A DNA stretch of 57,374 bases, counting the filler, from Platydemus manokwari (taxonomy: Eukaryota), in the NCBI GenBank assembly GCA_037951405.1. It is 6 parts of 6 records of this genome, joined end to end, with 100 filler letters (N's around TTAATTAATTAA, not from the genome) between each part and the next. Parts side by side here need not be neighbours in the genome. Positions count along the whole stretch, not along the records: positions 46,601 to 57,374 come from JBBMOY011106331.1; 5 more parts are not named here. One strand, given 5' to 3'. Shown here piece by piece: positions 53,171 to 57,374 of the stretch. Each line of letters starts with the position of its first letter. Within the stretch, counting starts at the first letter, position 1. The translations under genes were made by a program, and so were the position numbers. Under the pieces are notes generated by a model, which did not search any database, was not told the origin of the DNA, and was given only the letters and a program-made list of their open reading frames with translations.

Positions 53171-54470
53171 TAATAGACAAGTAGTGGCGGTTGAACAATA
53201 ATCGGATTTTTATATATACATTTAATGTGTAAAAATTTAAAGCCAATTATAATTGTTAGCCGCTGCCATTTTAAAAAACACACATTAAAATCGAACTAAA
53301 ATCTATTTAAATACAACAAAGTTGATTGGGTTTCCATATTAAAAAAAATTAGATCAATATTGTATGAATCTTTTAAAAAATCTGGGCATTGCACACATTT
53401 ATCGAGATATTTACATTTCAACTCAGTTGAATTTTATTTATCCTCTCGTACTATCTGAAATTCTGAACGGATTTAGAGTAGTGCTTTTTATAATATGTAT
53501 ATCTAATAGATGGATTCTGTCAGATGCTTTAGGACGAATGGATCTCAAATACATCATTGGGATTTTGATTTGATCACAGATCTTGAAATAAACTAATTTA
53601 TCGCTTTATACTGTTGATGTGCAATTTTACTACGAAATTATCACTTGTTGTCCGCTATGTTCAATTTATTCAACATAAAGATATTTGGAAGGCTTTTTCC
53701 CGACTTACTCACACTGTTTTCGGGCATTTTTAGTAAAACTGTCATTTAAATCTACACTTTTGGATGTACATATGATTGGTAGCGGTGCTCTTGAACTTAA
53801 AATTTTCGATGCCACTATTCATCTATTTACAAATAACATTAAGGATGGGTTAATTGTCTCTTTTATAAGAATACAAAAACACCTGGCATAATCTAAATAG
53901 GTATTCTATTACAGTCTGCACATCTTCATGATGAGGAAATAAACCTAGATATGTAGTATCACATGCCATTGTAACTTTCTAAGTTAGTATGCCGACATTT
54001 ATTATATCTCATACGTGAAAATCTTATGCCATGTGGATCTTCAGTAAAACAGATTTGTGCACTTCTTAATCTACTCTGACTTCCACATATATCTTAGATG
54101 TTTACAAATCAATTAAAAGCCAAGAACGAAACTTCTGCATAGAAACAATGTAGAATCATTTTAGACATCAAGTATACCTAAATTCGAATCAATATTTTAA
54201 AATCTATAAGCAATAATTTTTAAAATATTTCTTTACTTAAAAATTCTTTACTTATTCCAATGATCTATGTTATCAATAAAGATTATTCAAGAATTTTCAA
54301 GCTAAATGTAAAACAGATTTTAACTTTCATGGTAAATATTATTTAATATGAGACTGAATTGTTCATTGCTATTTTCCTTTCATTAAACTTAAAACTTGTC
54401 GTTGATTTAATAATAAAAAGAAATAATGGAAATTATAAATTTTATTCGAAATTATATTTTCGTCGAATTC

Positions 54471-54898
54471 CTATGGAGTTTGTGTTGATTCTACACATCG
54501 ACCATTGATACAGAAAGGGCACGGTCTCTTCATCATACATTCATTCTCATGGTACACAACTGAAAATTATCAAAAACGATATAAATATTTAATCACAGTA
54601 ATTAAAGTAGAAAAAATTTATAATTTAGATTTTTTTATTAAATAAATAATTTCCAGAACATATTTACACTTTATTTGTGATTAAATATTCTGTAAATTAC
54701 AAATATTTTAATCTAACTGTATTCAGTAGGCTTTGTTGTGGGTGGCGTGAACATATCAGTATAGCGAATGTACCTGGCTTGATAGTTTTGAAATCTGTAA
54801 AAATAATATTAAAATTAAAATTCGAATATCAAATTGCCTACAAAATATTACTTCAATATAATAGATATCAAAACTATTATTATCACACGTTTATACAT
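54471..54898 (-). CDS. Small secreted 4-Cys peptide B2 (70 aa; exons 54852-54898, 54718-54794, 54471-54559)
   Basis: MYKRVIIIVLISIILK|FQNYQARYIRYTDMFTPPTTKPTEYI|VYHENECMMKRPCPFCINGRCVESTQTP*. Introns of 57 nt (phase 2) and 158 nt (phase 1). TATAAA at 54940-54935; AATAAA about 25 nt after the stop. Confidence 0.84.
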
Positions 54899-56444
54899 TA
54901 TAAACAATAGATTCATTCAAATAGAATTAACTGTTTTATAGACGACAAAATCATAAAAAATAATAATCATGCTCTCTTTAAAAGTTAAACTCAATCCAAC
55001 TTAGCAACAGAGCGTTACCAGATTTATTTCTAAATGTCGACCGTTATAACATATTTAGACTTGAGTTCTTGAAAAGATTAACTAAATAATTGATTTATTT
55101 ATCCGATATTTAATTTCTTTGAATTGTTTGGGTTAATAATTTTTGTCGTTGAGAATAAAACCCTGATATTGTAGGAATCCACGGAAATAATAAAGAATAT
55201 GTTTATTCATGTCTCAATATTTTTATCAGATCAAATGAATGTGTTTCTGGAATTTGTTTTTCAAATAGATGAGCATTACAAAATATTTATTCACCAATTT
55301 TGATTTGATTGTAATGATCAGCAGCAATTTGTGAATAAAAATGAAGAAAATTATTTCAAGTTGACCTGAACAGAAATGCATTCTTGGAATATTTTATTTC
55401 GCCGGTTTAGTAATAAAGAATGCATTTATCAAACCTCAATTACAGTCAGCAAATATGTATGAATTAAAAATAAAGACCATGTGATCGAATCTTGGAATAT
55501 AATATCTAACAGACTTTTATAATACGTCATTGTAATTTGCTCAGTACTTTTTGGAATATTAAATATTTCAATTTTTGATATAATATGATAATTACGATTG
55601 TTGAAGTATCCATTGAGGTTTCCATTTAATATATTCATAATTATTTTCAAAATAATATTCAATTTTTCTAAATAAATAAAATCTTTTTAAATCTCCTGAA
55701 AATCCCAATGAAAAAAATATCCTTTAAATGCCTATGCTGAAATGCCAAATTTGTGAGAGTCCTTTCAAACCATTCAAGCTTTAAAAGCCCATGATAAATT
55801 CAAAAGCCTATAGCAAAATATAACGCTTCTATTATCATGATTATGATTATTTTACTATTAATAATAATAATAATAATAAAATTTTAAAATTAATAAGTTC
55901 CTTCATAAGATTTAATTTAAATTATTTGTTTTCCCTAATTAAAAAAGTACACACAATCTTGTAAATCTTTTGAAATATAATTTACATCATATTGCTTAGC
56001 TCTTTCATCAATTCTTTTAAAATTGGTGGAATATATAATTTTTCAGTTTCATTATAATTATTGATTATTTCACCATTATTTTCTAAATGTTCTTGAAGAT
56101 TCGTAGCTGGTAAAAACTATTATCTTTCAATATTAGTTCGGATTATATCTTAAGCAATCATTAGAGATGACTAACCCCTTCATGACCACCAACGTTTATT
56201 TTCTGAACACCATACATAATTTGCGGCGGATTGTCCTTATATTCTTCCATCGTTTATACTAGAGACCAGTGATTATCTGAGTGCCTTCAAAGATATCTCA
56301 GTTTCATTTAATAGATATAAACTTTTCAAATGAAATTCTCCCGAATGACAACCAGTAGAAAAGTTATTTAAAACATTATTATTTGTAAATCTATATCCTC
56401 ATTATAAAAGGAAATCAAGTTTCTTAGACACATAATACATGAAT

Positions 56445-57140
56445 AAGATATCAAAACTGACTCGAATATGATTAAGGCAATCGAAAAGTTTGAAAGACAA
56501 AAACTCAATAAAAAATTTAAGAAGCTTCTTAGCGATTTGTAGCTTCTACAGTAGATTTATACAAGACCATTCTAGAGCTTTCCAACATTATGTGAAAAGA
56601 ATAACCATGAATTAATGTGGTACGAAGCATTTGATAAGGCATTTCAAGAAATGAAAAAGACATTGACATGATTGCCATTTTAACATTCCGTGATTTATTC
56701 TAGACATCGTCGCAAGCTTTGGCACAATAGGATGATGAAAGATGAACGGAAGGATTAACAAGAAAATTAACGTGTAATCACATACGGATCACATGCAATG
56801 AGCTAACATGTGAAAGGATATCGCATCACTAGGAAAGAATTACTGGCGAGATATTATTTCTCACTGCTTTTCAAAAATTCCCTGTATGGCAAAAGATTCA
56901 CACTTAGAATGGATAACAAAGCAATTACATTCATGCTAAAAATAAGAAATCCGATAATACTATGATTTCAATTATGGTCGAATTATTTAAGCACTTTTGA
57001 TATAAACATGATATTTAAAAAGAGTGTTAATCACGAAAATGCAGATATGCTCTCAAGAAAGGCATGTGAAATATGTTCCCAATGCTTGACAAAACATGAG
57101 AATGCAAAGAAAAGAAATATGAAAACAGAATACCAACCAT
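56445..57140 (+). mobile_element. Gypsy pol relic (RT thumb/connection and RNase H)
   Basis: IKTDSNMIKAI...LRSFLAICSFYSRFI...AFQEMKKTLT...FILDIVAS...VITYGSHAMS...ITRKELLA...LYGKRFTLRMDNKAI...HENADMLSR. Confidence 0.9.
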
Positions 57141-57374
57141 AATGTCAGAGAATAAAGGAAAAGAATGACAAATAAACAATAAATAAATAGAAAATATTAA
57201 AAAATGGAATATTTATTTTTTGATATTTTTCAGCTATCCATTTCGATACTGAATGTATGTTACGCAGTCCGTACCGTTACCTAGTCTGTGATTGATGTGT
57301 ATTAGGTTGTTGGGAAAATAATGGCCGTTTGTAAACGTATACTTTAAAATACTATAACTCGCTTTAAAATGAAC

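Noticed and set aside
53600-54180. Possible Gypsy RT remnant on the minus strand (LGLFPHHEDVQTVIEY)
   Set aside because: Too decayed to call confidently.

Overview
This is AT-rich eukaryotic (invertebrate animal) DNA with 40-60 nt GT-AG introns and (AAT)n microsatellites. It resembles a planarian-type genome, but the species cannot be determined from the sequence. The window is not contiguous: five 100-bp spacers (N44-TTAATTAATTAA-N44, stops in all six frames) join six contigs of about 9-11 kb, so adjacency across spacers is not biological. Conserved host genes are internal exons of IFT88 (-), pore/C-linker/CNBD exons of an HCN channel (-), the 3' exons of TMEM144 (+) and a complete 3-exon SNRNP27 (+). 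There is also a tRNA-Arg(TCG) with a broken acceptor stem. Transposon and viral relics are abundant: several Gypsy pieces, RLE-type non-LTR elements, a Merlin transposase, a hAT-type MITE, a Polinton/Maverick-type protein-primed PolB with an endonuclease VII insert, and a probable Polinton capsid fragment. The most notable result comes from splicing by hand, which the ORF track cannot do: two separate pairs of intact genes for small secreted cysteine-rich peptides. Family A is a convergent pair of 97/98-aa prepropeptides (signal peptide, acidic pro-region, C-x6-C-x7-C-x2-C-x10-C-x7-C). Family B is a tandem pair of 62/70-aa peptides with an ECM-x3-PCP-x-CI-x-GRCV core. Both look like toxin or antimicrobial peptide families that I do not recognise.
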